Shown: in pieces, positions 1-9,322 of the stretch | Layout of the letters: each line of letters opens with the position of its first letter | How positions within the stretch are numbered: position 1 is the first letter of the stretch | Assembly (NCBI GenBank): GCA_958413095.1 | Contig: CATYUF010000001.1 | Location: 955-64,954 of the forward strand | Source of the DNA: an uncultured Clostridium sp. | Lineage (GTDB): Bacteria > Bacillota > Clostridia > TANB77 > CAG-508 | DNA: 64,000 nt | Direction of reading: 5' to 3' | Position numbers and translations under genes: made by a program | The notes under the pieces: model-generated | Told to the model about the DNA's origin: nothing | Databases searched by the model: none | Seen by the model: the letters and a program-made list of their open reading frames with translations, nothing else

Positions 1-828
1 GAAAGAGGAGTAGCAAAACTAAAATTGGAAAAAATTACTACACCAAAACTAAAAGTAAGATTATTAATGCAATATGTCTTGGGAAAGCCAAGACAATATC
101 TAATTATATATGATAATGAACCACTAACTAGACAACAAGAAGATAAATTTTTTGATGGAATATCAAAACTTAGTAAAGATATACCAATAGAACATATAAC
201 TCACAAAAAAGAGTTTATGAAACTTGATTTTTTTGTTGATGAAAATGTTTTAATACCTAGGCAAGATACTGAAATTTTAGTTGAAGAAGTAATAGAAATA
301 GCAAAAAAAATAAATGCAAAAAAGATTTTAGATTTATGTACTGGAAGTGGAGCAATAGCAATATCACTGGCTAAATATTTGCCTAATACACAAGTGACAG
401 CATTAGATATAAGCAGTAAAGCATTAGAAGTAGCAAAATTAAATGCAAAAACTAATAATGTAGAAAGTCAAATAACATTTGTAGAATCTAATTTACTTGA
501 AAACTTGCCAAAAGAAAAATATGATATAATAGTATCAAATCCACCATATATAAAACAAGATATTATTAAAGAACTTGATAGAGAAGTACAGAAAGAACCT
601 CATATTGCATTAGATGGTGGAAAAGATGGATTGGATTTTTATAGAAAAATAATAGACTTAGGATATGAATACTTAAAATATGGAGGGTATTTATGTTTAG
701 AAATAGGCTATGACCAAAAAGAAGAAGTTATGAATTTACTAGATAATAATGGTCAATATATAAATAAAATATGTATAAAAGATTTATATGATAATGATAG
801 AGTAATAATTGCAAAGGTAGGTGACTAA
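1..828 (+). CDS. prmC: Release-factor glutamine N5-methyltransferase PrmC/HemK, 5'-partial at the window edge
   Basis: SAM-binding DLCTGSGAIAI and catalytic NPPY (VSNPPYI). The reading frame is open back to nt 1. The N-terminal HemK helical region looks truncated by about 15-20 aa. Confidence 0.9.
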   Translation, partial: ERGVAKLKLEKITTPKLKVRLLMQYVLGKPRQYLIIYDNEPLTRQQEDKFFDGISKLSKDIPIEHITHKKEFMKLDFFVDENVLIPRQDTEILVEEVIEIAKKINAKKILDLCTGSGAIAISLAKYLPNTQVTALDISSKALEVAKLNAKTNNVESQITFVESNLLENLPKEKYDIIVSNPPYIKQDIIKELDREVQKEPHIALDGGKDGLDFYRKIIDLGYEYLKYGGYLCLEIGYDQKEEVMNLLDNNGQYINKICIKDLYDNDRVIIAKVGD

Positions 829-829
829 A

Positions 830-1726
830 ATGTCTTTTTCTTCAGATATAAAACAAGAATTAAATAATAATCATAGTTTAACTGATAAGAACAATGTAGA
901 ATGTGAGTTAATAGGATATCTAATATCAGCTAATACTAACATTCACAAGCAAAATGAAATAAAATTTTCAACTGAAAATGATTATAATATAGATAGATTT
1001 TCAAAGTTGCTATCTAACTTAAACATAGATTATGACATAGATATTGTAGGAAAAGTCTTTTATATCAACACAAAACAAAAAGAAATAAAGAAAATAAGTC
1101 ATATAGAAATAAAGAATAACGAATTATATACAAAAAATATAGAAGAGTTATATCAAGAAAAAGAAGGATTTGAACAAAAGAAAGCAATTATAAAAGGTGC
1201 TTTTTTAGGTTCTGGTTCGATAAATAACCCAGAAAATTTATATCACTTAGAAATAGTTTTATCAAATGAAGAAAACATGACATTTTTAAAAAAGATAATA
1301 GAAAGTCTAAATATAAGCACTAAAGAATTAATTACAAAAACTAGATGTTCTATTTACTTTAAAGAATCAGAAGAAATCTCAAATTTATTAGCATTAATAG
1401 GAGCAAATAAAGCTGTTATGAAATTTGAAGATATTAGAGTCCAAAAAGAAATGAGAGGAAAAGTAAACAGAATAGTAAATTGTGAGACAGCAAACTTAAA
1501 TAAAACAATAAATGCATCTATTGAGCAAATAGGAGCAATTAAAAAATTACAGCAAACAGGAAAATTTAATAAATTAGATGAAAATTTAAAAGAGATAGCA
1601 AAATTAAGATTAGAAAATCCCAATATTTCACTAATAGAACTAGGAAAGATGCTAAAAAAACCACTAGGAAAATCAGGAGTAAATTATAGATTGAAAAAAA
1701 TAATGGAGATAGCAGATGAAGAATAA
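830..1726 (+). CDS. whiA: Sporulation/cell-division regulator WhiA
   Basis: Typical N-terminus MSFSSDIKQEL and a C-terminal HTH (GKSGVNYRLKKI). ATG 830 follows the SD-like GGTAGGTG. The track start at 821 is a GTG three codons upstream. Confidence 0.85.
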   Translation: MSFSSDIKQELNNNHSLTDKNNVECELIGYLISANTNIHKQNEIKFSTENDYNIDRFSKLLSNLNIDYDIDIVGKVFYINTKQKEIKKISHIEIKNNELYTKNIEELYQEKEGFEQKKAIIKGAFLGSGSINNPENLYHLEIVLSNEENMTFLKKIIESLNISTKELITKTRCSIYFKESEEISNLLALIGANKAVMKFEDIRVQKEMRGKVNRIVNCETANLNKTINASIEQIGAIKKLQQTGKFNKLDENLKEIAKLRLENPNISLIELGKMLKKPLGKSGVNYRLKKIMEIADEE

Positions 1727-2939
1727 AGAATTAGGAATATATATACATATACCATTTTGTAAACACAAATGCTATTATTGTGATTTTGTATCTTTTTCAA
1801 ATAAGGAAGAGATAGTAGAAAAATATATAAAAGCAGTAATAAAAGAATTAAAAAAATATTTAGAAAACAAAGAATTTATGAAAAATTATAATGTTACTAC
1901 TATATATATTGGAGGAGGAACACCATCATATATAGATAGTAAATATATAATAGAAATTCTAAAAGAAATAGAAAAAAACTTAGTTAATAATGACACAAAA
2001 TTTCAAGATATAGAAATTACATTAGAAGTAAATCCTGGTACAATAAATGAAGAAAAAGTGAACTTATATAAAGAAGCAAAAATAAATAGAATTAGTATGG
2101 GGCTGCAAAGTACCAACGACCAAATTTTAAAGCAAATTGGGAGAATACACACATATAATGAATTTTTAGATGCATATAGTATAGTAAAAAAAGCCGGATT
2201 TGATAATATAAATATAGACTTAATGATTGGACTACCAAATCAAACAATTTCAGATGTTAAAGAAAGCTTAAATAAAATAATAGAATTAAATCCTAATCAT
2301 ATTAGTGTATATTCATTAATATTAGAAGAAGGAACAGTTCTTGATAAGTTGATAGAAGAAGGAAAAATGGAATTATTAGATGAAGAGCTAGAACGAAATA
2401 TGTATTGGTATGTGAAAAATACATTAGAAATTAATGGATATAATCACTATGAAATATCTAATTTTTCTAAAATCGGAAAAGAATCAAAACATAATTTAAA
2501 CTGTTGGGAACAAAAAGAATATATCGGAATAGGAACATCAGCACATTCTTATATAAATGATGTAAGATATTGTAATAAGAGTAGTGTAGAAAAATATATT
2601 GAAAATATAAATAATAAAGATATTGATGTAAATGAAATTATAAAACTTGGAAATGGTAATAAAAGTTTTTTGGAAAAAGTAGAAGAAGTTTATGAAATAG
2701 ATGAAATACAATCTTTAGAAGACAAAAAAAGAGAGTATATGTTACTGGGTTTAAGGAAACTTGAAGGTGTTAAAATTTCAAGTTTTAAGGAGAAATTTGT
2801 TGAAAATCCTATATATGTATATCATAAAGAATTGGAGAAGTTAGTAGAAGAGGATTTGATTAGGATTGATGGTGATAGGATTTTTTTAAGTAGAAGAGGA
2901 ATAGATTTGGCAAATTTGGTTTGGGAAGAGTTTGTGTAA
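1716..2939 (+). CDS. hemW: Radical SAM heme chaperone HemW (HemN-like, oxygen-independent coproporphyrinogen oxidase family)
   Basis: HIPFCKHKCYYCDF (CX3CX2C with the extra HemN-type residues), GGGTPS, and a HemN_C-like C-terminus. The start overlaps the whiA stop. Confidence 0.85.
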   Translation: MKNKELGIYIHIPFCKHKCYYCDFVSFSNKEEIVEKYIKAVIKELKKYLENKEFMKNYNVTTIYIGGGTPSYIDSKYIIEILKEIEKNLVNNDTKFQDIEITLEVNPGTINEEKVNLYKEAKINRISMGLQSTNDQILKQIGRIHTYNEFLDAYSIVKKAGFDNINIDLMIGLPNQTISDVKESLNKIIELNPNHISVYSLILEEGTVLDKLIEEGKMELLDEELERNMYWYVKNTLEINGYNHYEISNFSKIGKESKHNLNCWEQKEYIGIGTSAHSYINDVRYCNKSSVEKYIENINNKDIDVNEIIKLGNGNKSFLEKVEEVYEIDEIQSLEDKKREYMLLGLRKLEGVKISSFKEKFVENPIYVYHKELEKLVEEDLIRIDGDRIFLSRRGIDLANLVWEEFV

Positions 2940-3091
2940 TACAATTATTCCATATACTATTATATTTTTAGCAATATTGCTAATACAAAGGTATTTTTTA
3001 AAAAGAAGAGTAAATGAACTAAATAAAATTATAGAAAAGTAAAAAATTAAGGCAGAAGGAAGTGCTTTCGGAAAAAAATTGTTAAAATCAC

Positions 3092-3121
3092 TTGACATAC
3101 CCTCAAAAAATATGTTATTAT
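3092..3121 (+). promoter_or_regulatory. Putative sigma-A promoter of the infC-rpmI-rplT operon
   Basis: TTGACA at 3092-3097, an 18-nt spacer, then TATTAT at 3116-3121 (overlapping TATAAT at 3119-3124). Confidence 0.4.
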
Positions 3122-3124
3122 AAT

Positions 3125-3257
3125 TAATGTTACAAGAAGAAGTCAAACTTCTCACCTTATCTAAGTAAAGAAAAAGGTTAGAAATTAAATAAATAAAAAC
3201 ATTTTCATATGTATATTTATTTTAGATTTGACTTGTAACAGAAGTCAAATTTTTTTT
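3125..3257 (+). promoter_or_regulatory. L20-type leader/attenuator ending in an intrinsic terminator (3226-3257)
   Basis: Perfect 9-bp stem ATTTGACTT/AAGTCAAAT (3226-3234 and 3242-3250), a 7-nt loop and a U7 tract directly before the infC SD. The upstream ACAAGAAGAAGTCAAA can pair with the left terminator arm as an antiterminator. This position matches the known L20-controlled attenuation of infC operons in Firmicutes. Confidence 0.55.
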
Positions 3258-3273
3258 GTGGAGGTGTTTTAGA

Positions 3274-3789
3274 ATAAAACAAGAATTACCAATTAATAGG
3301 CAAATAAAAGCCAAAGAAGTACAATTAATAGGCGAAAATGGTGAAAAAGAAGGTGTTATTTCTTTTGAACAAGCTTTAGAAAAAGCAGAAAGTAAGGATT
3401 TAGACTTAGTTTTAGTTGCTCCAAATTCAAATCCACCAGTTTGCAAAATAATGAACTATGGAAAATATAAATTTGAGCAAGCTAAAAAAGAAAAAGAAGC
3501 AAAGAAAAAACAAAAAAGTTTTGAAGTAAAAGAATTGCGTGTAACACCAAATATTGAAGACCATGATTTCAGCTTTAAATCTAAAAATGCTAAGAAATTT
3601 ATTGAAGATGGAAATAAAGTGAAAATAACAGTTAGATTTAGAGGAAGAGAAGTAAATAATTCAAAAGCAGGTGAACAAGTGCTAAATAAATTTATAGAAA
3701 ATTTAAGTGATGTAGCAGTTGTAGAAAAAGCACCTAAACTTGAAGGAAGAAATATGTTCATAATTTTAGCTAAAAAATCAGACAAATAA
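3274..3789 (+). CDS. infC: Translation initiation factor IF-3, probable non-canonical ATA start
   Basis: IKQELPINRQIKAKEVQLIGENGE is the normal IF-3 N-terminus. GGAGGTG (3261-3267) lies 6 nt before in-frame ATA 3274. The track start TTG 3256 sits upstream of the SD. Confidence 0.85.
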   Translation: MKQELPINRQIKAKEVQLIGENGEKEGVISFEQALEKAESKDLDLVLVAPNSNPPVCKIMNYGKYKFEQAKKEKEAKKKQKSFEVKELRVTPNIEDHDFSFKSKNAKKFIEDGNKVKITVRFRGREVNNSKAGEQVLNKFIENLSDVAVVEKAPKLEGRNMFIILAKKSDK

Positions 3790-3829
3790 TCTGAGTAAAA
3801 TAAATTAAAAATCGAAAGGAGAAAAAATT

Positions 3830-4033
3830 ATGCCAAAATTAAAAACAAATAAAGCTGCAAAGAAAAGATATTCTTTAACAGCAACAGGAAAAGTAAAAAG
3901 AACAAAATCAAACAGAAGACACTTATTAGCAAACAAAACAAAAAGACAAAAGAAATCAGGAAGAATCCAAAACGGATATGCAGATAAATCATGCGAAAAT
4001 ACAATCAAAAAATTATTACCATATGGTAACTAA
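3830..4033 (+). CDS. rpmI: 50S ribosomal protein L35
   Basis: MPKLKTNKAAKKRY N-terminus, basic 67-aa protein, and the conserved infC-rpmI-rplT order. Confidence 0.9.
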   Translation: MPKLKTNKAAKKRYSLTATGKVKRTKSNRRHLLANKTKRQKKSGRIQNGYADKSCENTIKKLLPYGN

Positions 4034-4067
4034 TAGGAAATAAGAATAATAAGGAAGGTGAATATAA

Positions 4068-4418
4068 ATGGCAAGAGTAAAAACAGCAAGAATAACAAGA
4101 AAAAGACATAAAAAAATATTAAAACAAGCAAAAGGATATTATGGAGCAAAACATTACAGATTTAGAAATGCTAATCAAGCAGTATTAAAATCTTTATCTT
4201 ATGCATATGTAGGAAGAAAAGATAGAAAAAGTGATTTTAGAAAATTATGGATAGCTAGAATAAATGCAGCAGCAAGAATGAATGGAACAACATATAGCAA
4301 ATTAGTTGCTGGATTAAAGAAAGCTAATGTAACAATAAACAGAAAAATGTTAGCAGAAGTAGCTGTATCAGATCCAAAAGCTTTTACAGAAATCGCTGAA
4401 ATAGCAAAAAAAGCATAA
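4068..4418 (+). CDS. rplT: 50S ribosomal protein L20
   Basis: [26 protein letters not shown] is canonical L20. Confidence 0.95.
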   Translation: MARVKTARITRKRHKKILKQAKGYYGAKHYRFRNANQAVLKSLSYAYVGRKDRKSDFRKLWIARINAAARMNGTTYSKLVAGLKKANVTINRKMLAEVAVSDPKAFTEIAEIAKKA

Positions 4419-4444
4419 TTTAAATTGAATAATTTGTTGAAATA

Positions 4445-4512
4445 AAAAACTATTATATAATATAGAATTGATAAATGGAAACATTGAATTTTATATTATA
4501 TGGTAGTTTTTT
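4445..4512 (+). terminator. Long hairpin terminator of the infC operon
   Basis: Arms AAAAACTATTATATAATATAGAATT (4445-4469) and AATTTTATATTATATGGTAGTTTTT (4487-4511) match at about 22 of 25 positions, followed by T residues. Confidence 0.6.
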
Positions 4513-4642
4513 ATTGTGTAGAAGTTATTGATTTATATAAAAAGAGAATATATAATATAAGCTAATAAGAAGTTTTTTTATATTACATTTATTTGATGCA
4601 TGTAGAAATTTATAAATAGGTTCAAAATAAAAGCTAGTTTTT

Positions 4643-4750
4643 ATTGTATAGAAAAAATCGACTTTTATCTTGACCCTATATAGGATTTTTTCGTATACAA
4701 CAAGTAAAAGTGACCTTTAAAAAGACCCGCGATAGCTTTTCTTATTAAGC
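4643..4750 (+). repeat. Intergenic repeat family 1, copy A (~105 nt, core TATACAACAAGTAAAAGTGAC)
   Basis: Aligns by eye with 24981-25090 (+), 43876-43950 (-) and 51100-51186 (+). It contains the internal hairpin GAAAAAATC...GATTTTTTC. Confidence 0.75.
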
Positions 4751-4776
4751 AATCAAAAGAAAGAGAGGAATATATT

Positions 4777-5952
4777 ATGAATTATCCAGAAAAACTAAAA
4801 AAGGGAGATACAATAGGGATATGTGCTCCGTCAGGAGGGATAGCAGAAAAAGAAGATATTTTGCAACTCGAATTAGCAGAAAATCAATTAAGGAAAATGG
4901 GATATAAAATAATAGAAACTAAAAGTGTAAGAAAAGAAAATAAAGGAAGAAGTGCTAGTGGAAAAGAAAGAACTAAAGAATTTATGGAATTACTAGAAAA
5001 TGAAGAAGTAAAACTAATTATATTTGCAGCAGGAGGAGATTTTTTAATTGAAATTTTTGACTACTTAGATTTTGAAAAAATAAAAGGATTAAAGCCAAAG
5101 TGGCTACAAGGTTATTCAGACATAACAGGAATAGGATTTCTATTTAATACAATTCTAGATATACCTACAATGTATTGTCAAACAATAAAAGATTATGCAA
5201 TGAATCCATTATTTAGAAATTTAACTGATGCAATAAAAATAGAAACAGGAGAAAATATTATTCAAGAATCATTTGAGAAATATCAAAAGGTACTTGATTT
5301 TAGAGAAAATATAGAAAACGAAAATAAGGAACAAAAAGATAATAAAGAAAAAAAGAAAAATATAAATAATACAAAACAGTTAAACGATGAAATTAACTTA
5401 AATAAGTTAGAGAAAAAAGAAAATAAAGAAAATGACGAAAGAGAAAAAGAGAAATATAATTTAGAAGAACTAGTAAAAACATATGAATTAACAGAAAAAG
5501 TAGAGTGGAAAAATGTAACAGGAGAAGAAAAAATACAAATAAAAGGCAGAAGCTTAGGGGGGTGTTTAGACTGTATAAAGGGATACATAGGTACAAAATA
5601 TGATAAAGTAAAGGAATATATAGAAAGACATAAAAAAGATGGTTTGATATGGTTTTTAGAAGTCTTTGAAATGAGTACACCAGAAGTATATAGAACTTTG
5701 TGGCAAATGAAAAATGCTGGATACTTTAAATACTGTACTGGTATTGTATTTGGAAGACCGTTATTTATAAGGGAAGATTATGAAACAAATTTTAATGATA
5801 CAGTAAAAGAAGCATTACAAGACTTAGAAATTCCAATAATATGTGATGCTGATATAGGCCATGTAAAGCCTCAACTTGCAATAGTAAATGGAGCTATATT
5901 AGAAATAACATCACAAAATGGAAAAGGAACAGTAAAAACAATATTAGAATAG
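4777..5952 (+). CDS. S66-family LD-carboxypeptidase (LdcA/MccF-like) with a K/E/N-rich insertion
   Basis: GICAPSGG, nucleophile elbow GYSDIT, and C-terminal DADIGHV. A low-complexity insert of about 65 aa (ENENKEQKDNKEKKKN...) separates the two domains. Confidence 0.75.
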   Translation: MNYPEKLKKGDTIGICAPSGGIAEKEDILQLELAENQLRKMGYKIIETKSVRKENKGRSASGKERTKEFMELLENEEVKLIIFAAGGDFLIEIFDYLDFEKIKGLKPKWLQGYSDITGIGFLFNTILDIPTMYCQTIKDYAMNPLFRNLTDAIKIETGENIIQESFEKYQKVLDFRENIENENKEQKDNKEKKKNINNTKQLNDEINLNKLEKKENKENDEREKEKYNLEELVKTYELTEKVEWKNVTGEEKIQIKGRSLGGCLDCIKGYIGTKYDKVKEYIERHKKDGLIWFLEVFEMSTPEVYRTLWQMKNAGYFKYCTGIVFGRPLFIREDYETNFNDTVKEALQDLEIPIICDADIGHVKPQLAIVNGAILEITSQNGKGTVKTILE

Positions 5953-5989
5953 AATATATAAATTATTGAATGAAAGGGAGAAAGTAAAA

Positions 5990-6610
5990 ATGAAAGTTCT
6001 ATTAATAAATGGAAGTCCAAAAGAAAAAGGTTGCACATATACTGCATTAAAGGAAATAGAAAAACAATTAAATATTAATAATATAGAAACTGAAATAATG
6101 TGGATAGGAAATACTCCTATTTCAGGTTGTATAGGTTGTGGAAGTTGCTTAAAAACAGGAAAATGCTTTATAGAAGATAAAGTAAATGAATTCTTAGAAA
6201 AAGTACCAAAAATTGATGGATTTGTTTTTGGTAGCCCAGTACATTTTGCAGCAATATCAGGTCAATTATCGTCTTTTTTGGATAGAGCTTTTTATGGAAG
6301 AGGAAAGCTCTTTGCAAATAAATTAGCAGCAGGAATAGTAAGTTGTAGAAGAGGTGGAGCAACTGCTGCATTTGACGAAATAAATAAATATTTTGCAATG
6401 AGTAATATGCCAATAGTAACAAGTCAATATTGGAATATGGTACATGGAAATAACCCAGAAGAAGTAGTACAAGATGAAGAAGGAATGCAAACAATGAGAA
6501 CCTTAGGAAATAATATGGCTTGGTTACTAAAATGTATAGAACAAGGTAAGAAAATGGGAATAGAAGAACCAAAGAATGAAGAAAAAATAAAAACAAATTA
6601 TATAAGATAG
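5990..6610 (+). CDS. Flavodoxin-like FMN reductase / iron-sulfur flavoprotein family
   Basis: MKVLLINGSPK N-terminus and the Cys cluster GCIGCGSCLKTGKC. ATG 5990 follows AGGGAG; the track start 5966 is a TTG upstream of that SD. Confidence 0.7.
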   Translation: MKVLLINGSPKEKGCTYTALKEIEKQLNINNIETEIMWIGNTPISGCIGCGSCLKTGKCFIEDKVNEFLEKVPKIDGFVFGSPVHFAAISGQLSSFLDRAFYGRGKLFANKLAAGIVSCRRGGATAAFDEINKYFAMSNMPIVTSQYWNMVHGNNPEEVVQDEEGMQTMRTLGNNMAWLLKCIEQGKKMGIEEPKNEEKIKTNYIR

Positions 6611-6635
6611 TATAATATATATGGAGAAAAATGAA

Positions 6636-7403
6636 ATGAAAAGTCAAGGTAGTATAGGGATATTTGATTCGGGAATAGGTGGAGTAACAGTTTTAAAAGA
6701 AATAATAAAATTGTTACCAAATGAAGATTATATCTATGTTAGTGATTCAAAAAATAATCCATATGGAGATAAAACAGACGAAGAGATAATAAAAAGATGT
6801 GACAAGATATCAAGTTTTTTAATAAATAAAAACTGCAAAGTAATTGTTATAGCATGTAACACTGCAAGTGCAAAAGCATCAAAATTTTTAAGAAATAAAT
6901 ATAAAGAGATACCAATTATAGCAATAGAACCAGCATATAAAATGGTACATGATTATGAATTTGACAAAGAAACTTTAATTTTGGCAACTAAAGGTACAAT
7001 TATGAGTAAGAGATTTAATCATATTTTACAAGAATATAATAATAATAAAACTTATGTAATGTCATGCATAGGTTTAGCAGATTTAATAGAAGAAGGAAAA
7101 GAAGAAAAAATAAGAAAGTACCTTGAAGTGAACTTAAAAGAATATGTAGGAAAAGTAAAAAATGTTGTACTTGGTTGTACTCATTATCCATTAATTAAAA
7201 ATGAAATTGCAGATATTTTAGGAGAGGTTAAGTTTTTCGATGGAGCACCATATGTTGCAAAACATTTGAAAAGAGTGCTAGAAAAAAGAAAAATTATAAA
7301 ACAAGAACTTGCAAAAGGAAACATAGAATTTTTCGATACAGTAGAATCTAAGGATAAAAGAAAAAGATTTTTGGAAATATTAGGAGAAAATCATGAAAGA
7401 TAG
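6636..7403 (+). CDS. murI: Glutamate racemase
   Basis: GIFDSGIGG, catalytic ACNTAS and GCTHYP motifs. The start could be 6636 (SD GGAG at 6623-6626) or 6621. Confidence 0.9.
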   Translation: MKSQGSIGIFDSGIGGVTVLKEIIKLLPNEDYIYVSDSKNNPYGDKTDEEIIKRCDKISSFLINKNCKVIVIACNTASAKASKFLRNKYKEIPIIAIEPAYKMVHDYEFDKETLILATKGTIMSKRFNHILQEYNNNKTYVMSCIGLADLIEEGKEEKIRKYLEVNLKEYVGKVKNVVLGCTHYPLIKNEIADILGEVKFFDGAPYVAKHLKRVLEKRKIIKQELAKGNIEFFDTVESKDKRKRFLEILGENHER

Positions 7404-7565
7404 TGTGTAAAGTTCAAATTTTATAAAAAGCCGTAAAGAGCAATTTTATAATAAAAATACAAATATTGTAAAAAAGGTAAAATTAGAAAAAATCTACACT
7501 AATTTTACCTTTTTAATATCTAATACTTAGAACTAATACAAAAACAAAATGACTACAAAACTAAT

Positions 7566-7994
7566 TTATAAATACTTCTTCAATCTTTCAACATTATTTT
7601 CCTGAAATTTAATAAAATTATTCAAAATATTTTTTATACTTTCATCATTATCCTGATTATGATTTAATAATTTTACGCCTTCAATAATGCCCATATTTGT
7701 ACCTTTAAGCAACATTTCAGCAATTTTAGAATTGCTTTGGTCGTTTAATGTACTCATTTGAATATCAATCCAGCCCATCATTTTTTGAGCAGGATTAACT
7801 TCTTTAGGAAATTCGTCATATTTTTCTAATTCATTGTTAACTTGATTTAATATCTCATTATATTTATTATATTCATATTGTAAGTCATCTTTGAAATTTG
7901 AATCAGTAACTTTATCAGAAATTGTAGAAATAGAATCCATACCCATTTTAATTCCTTTATTAATTTCATTTAAAATATATTCAGGTCTATCCAT
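7566..7994 (-). CDS. Hypothetical helical protein (142 aa)
   Basis: Clean ORF with non-repetitive, helix-rich composition. I do not recognise a family. Confidence 0.55.
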   Translation of the reverse strand: MDRPEYILNEINKGIKMGMDSISTISDKVTDSNFKDDLQYEYNKYNEILNQVNNELEKYDEFPKEVNPAQKMMGWIDIQMSTLNDQSNSKIAEMLLKGTNMGIIEGVKLLNHNQDNDESIKNILNNFIKFQENNVERLKKYL

Positions 7995-8164
7995 ATTTAT
8001 ATTTTATGATTATTTGAAAAAATAAATAATCACATACTCCTTTCTTCAAATTTTTATAAATTTATTATAACCAACAAAAAAGAAAATATAAGAACAAACA
8101 ATGAATAAAAAAATAATTAATTGGAAAAATTAAATCATATAAACAAAAAGGAGGAAATAAAATA

Positions 8165-8605
8165 ATGGAAAAAATAGTAAAGGGCTTAAATGAACTTTTA
8201 GCGGACTTAAATATTTTTTATAGAAAATTACAAAATTTTCATTGGAATATAAAAGGAAAAGAATTTTTTGTATTACATGTAAAACTAGAAGAATATTATA
8301 ATGAAATAAATTTACAAATAGACGAAATAGCAGAACATATATTAATGTTAGAAAAACAACCGCTAGGAACGATGAAAGAATATTTAGAAATAGGAAAAAT
8401 CGAAGAAGCTACAAGTGTCAAAGTTGAAGAAAAAATAGTAATAGAAAAGATATTAAAAGATTATGAAACTTTATTACAAAATGTAATTTGCATAAAAAAA
8501 GAAGCAGATAATAGTCATATATATGGTACATCTGCTTTAATGGATTCATATATTTTAAATTATAGTAAAATAATATGGATGTTAAAACAAACAATGGCAC
8601 AATAA
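8165..8605 (+). CDS. dps: Dps-family DNA-protection/ferritin-like protein
   Basis: LADLNIFYRKLQNFHWNIKG...IDEIAE matches the Dps ferroxidase-site helices. SD AGGAGG lies upstream. Confidence 0.85.
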   Translation: MEKIVKGLNELLADLNIFYRKLQNFHWNIKGKEFFVLHVKLEEYYNEINLQIDEIAEHILMLEKQPLGTMKEYLEIGKIEEATSVKVEEKIVIEKILKDYETLLQNVICIKKEADNSHIYGTSALMDSYILNYSKIIWMLKQTMAQ

Positions 8606-8614
8606 AATATTTAT

Positions 8615-9130
8615 TTAAGTAGAAGATTTATATTTGAACAAACATTTTTTATTAATAAATTTTGAAAAATCATCAGAGGAACCACGAACAAAGCCACTTT
8701 TATTAATTAAAAAAGCATAATCATTATCGATATATAAATAAAAAAATGTTTTGGTTTCATAAATCTTATATAATTTATAATATTTCATTCTAGAGTAATC
8801 CATATTATGACAGATAGTAAAATATTTCTCATAAAACTTAAATGTAAATAATTGTTCTTGAGAAATTTTTTGGCTTTTAAATTCCTTTTTTACTTCATAA
8901 ATTGGATGAAATAATCTCCAAAAGATAAAAAAACAAAAAATAACAAACAGGCAGATAGCAAGACTATAGTAATGATATTTTATTTGCATAGCAAAACAAA
9001 AAAATAGTAATAAGCCAACAACAATAGTATAAAACATATATTTATTGCTGAAAGTATTTTTATGAAATTCTAAGTATTCATTGTATGTTTTTTTATCATA
9101 TTTAGTTTTATTTTTAAATAAGAGTTTCAT
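8615..9130 (-). CDS. YcxB-like membrane protein
   Basis: Two central TM helices followed by the YcxB-type C-terminal domain (FTFKFYEKYF...YETKTFFYLYI). The internal start MKLLFKNK is more likely than the track start at 9175. Confidence 0.55.
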   Translation of the reverse strand: MKLLFKNKTKYDKKTYNEYLEFHKNTFSNKYMFYTIVVGLLLFFCFAMQIKYHYYSLAICLFVIFCFFIFWRLFHPIYEVKKEFKSQKISQEQLFTFKFYEKYFTICHNMDYSRMKYYKLYKIYETKTFFYLYIDNDYAFLINKSGFVRGSSDDFSKFINKKCLFKYKSST

Positions 9131-9227
9131 TTTATCACCAATATGAGTATAACATAAATATATAATAAATTTCAAGAATTAATATATAAGTGATAAAATA
9201 CTAAGAAAATTTAAAATAAAGTTTAAC

Positions 9228-9285
9228 ACAAAAAACAACAAGGGGCTGTCCCGGAAATATTTTAATATTCTAGGACAGCCTCTTG
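9228..9285 (-). terminator. Rho-independent terminator after tsaB-rimI
   Basis: GC-rich stem CAAGAGGCTGTCC/GGACAGCCCCTTG followed on the minus strand by TTGTTTTTTGTG. Confidence 0.7.
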
Positions 9286-9322
9286 CATTTTATTATTTTA
9301 TATATAAATACTGTTTTTTAGT

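Noticed and set aside
2886-3155. An 89-aa minus-strand ORF, and the 74-aa ORF at 3222-3446, in the hemW-infC spacer.
   Set aside because: They overlap the infC promoter, L20 leader and infC coding start. Composition is low-complexity and there is no SD.
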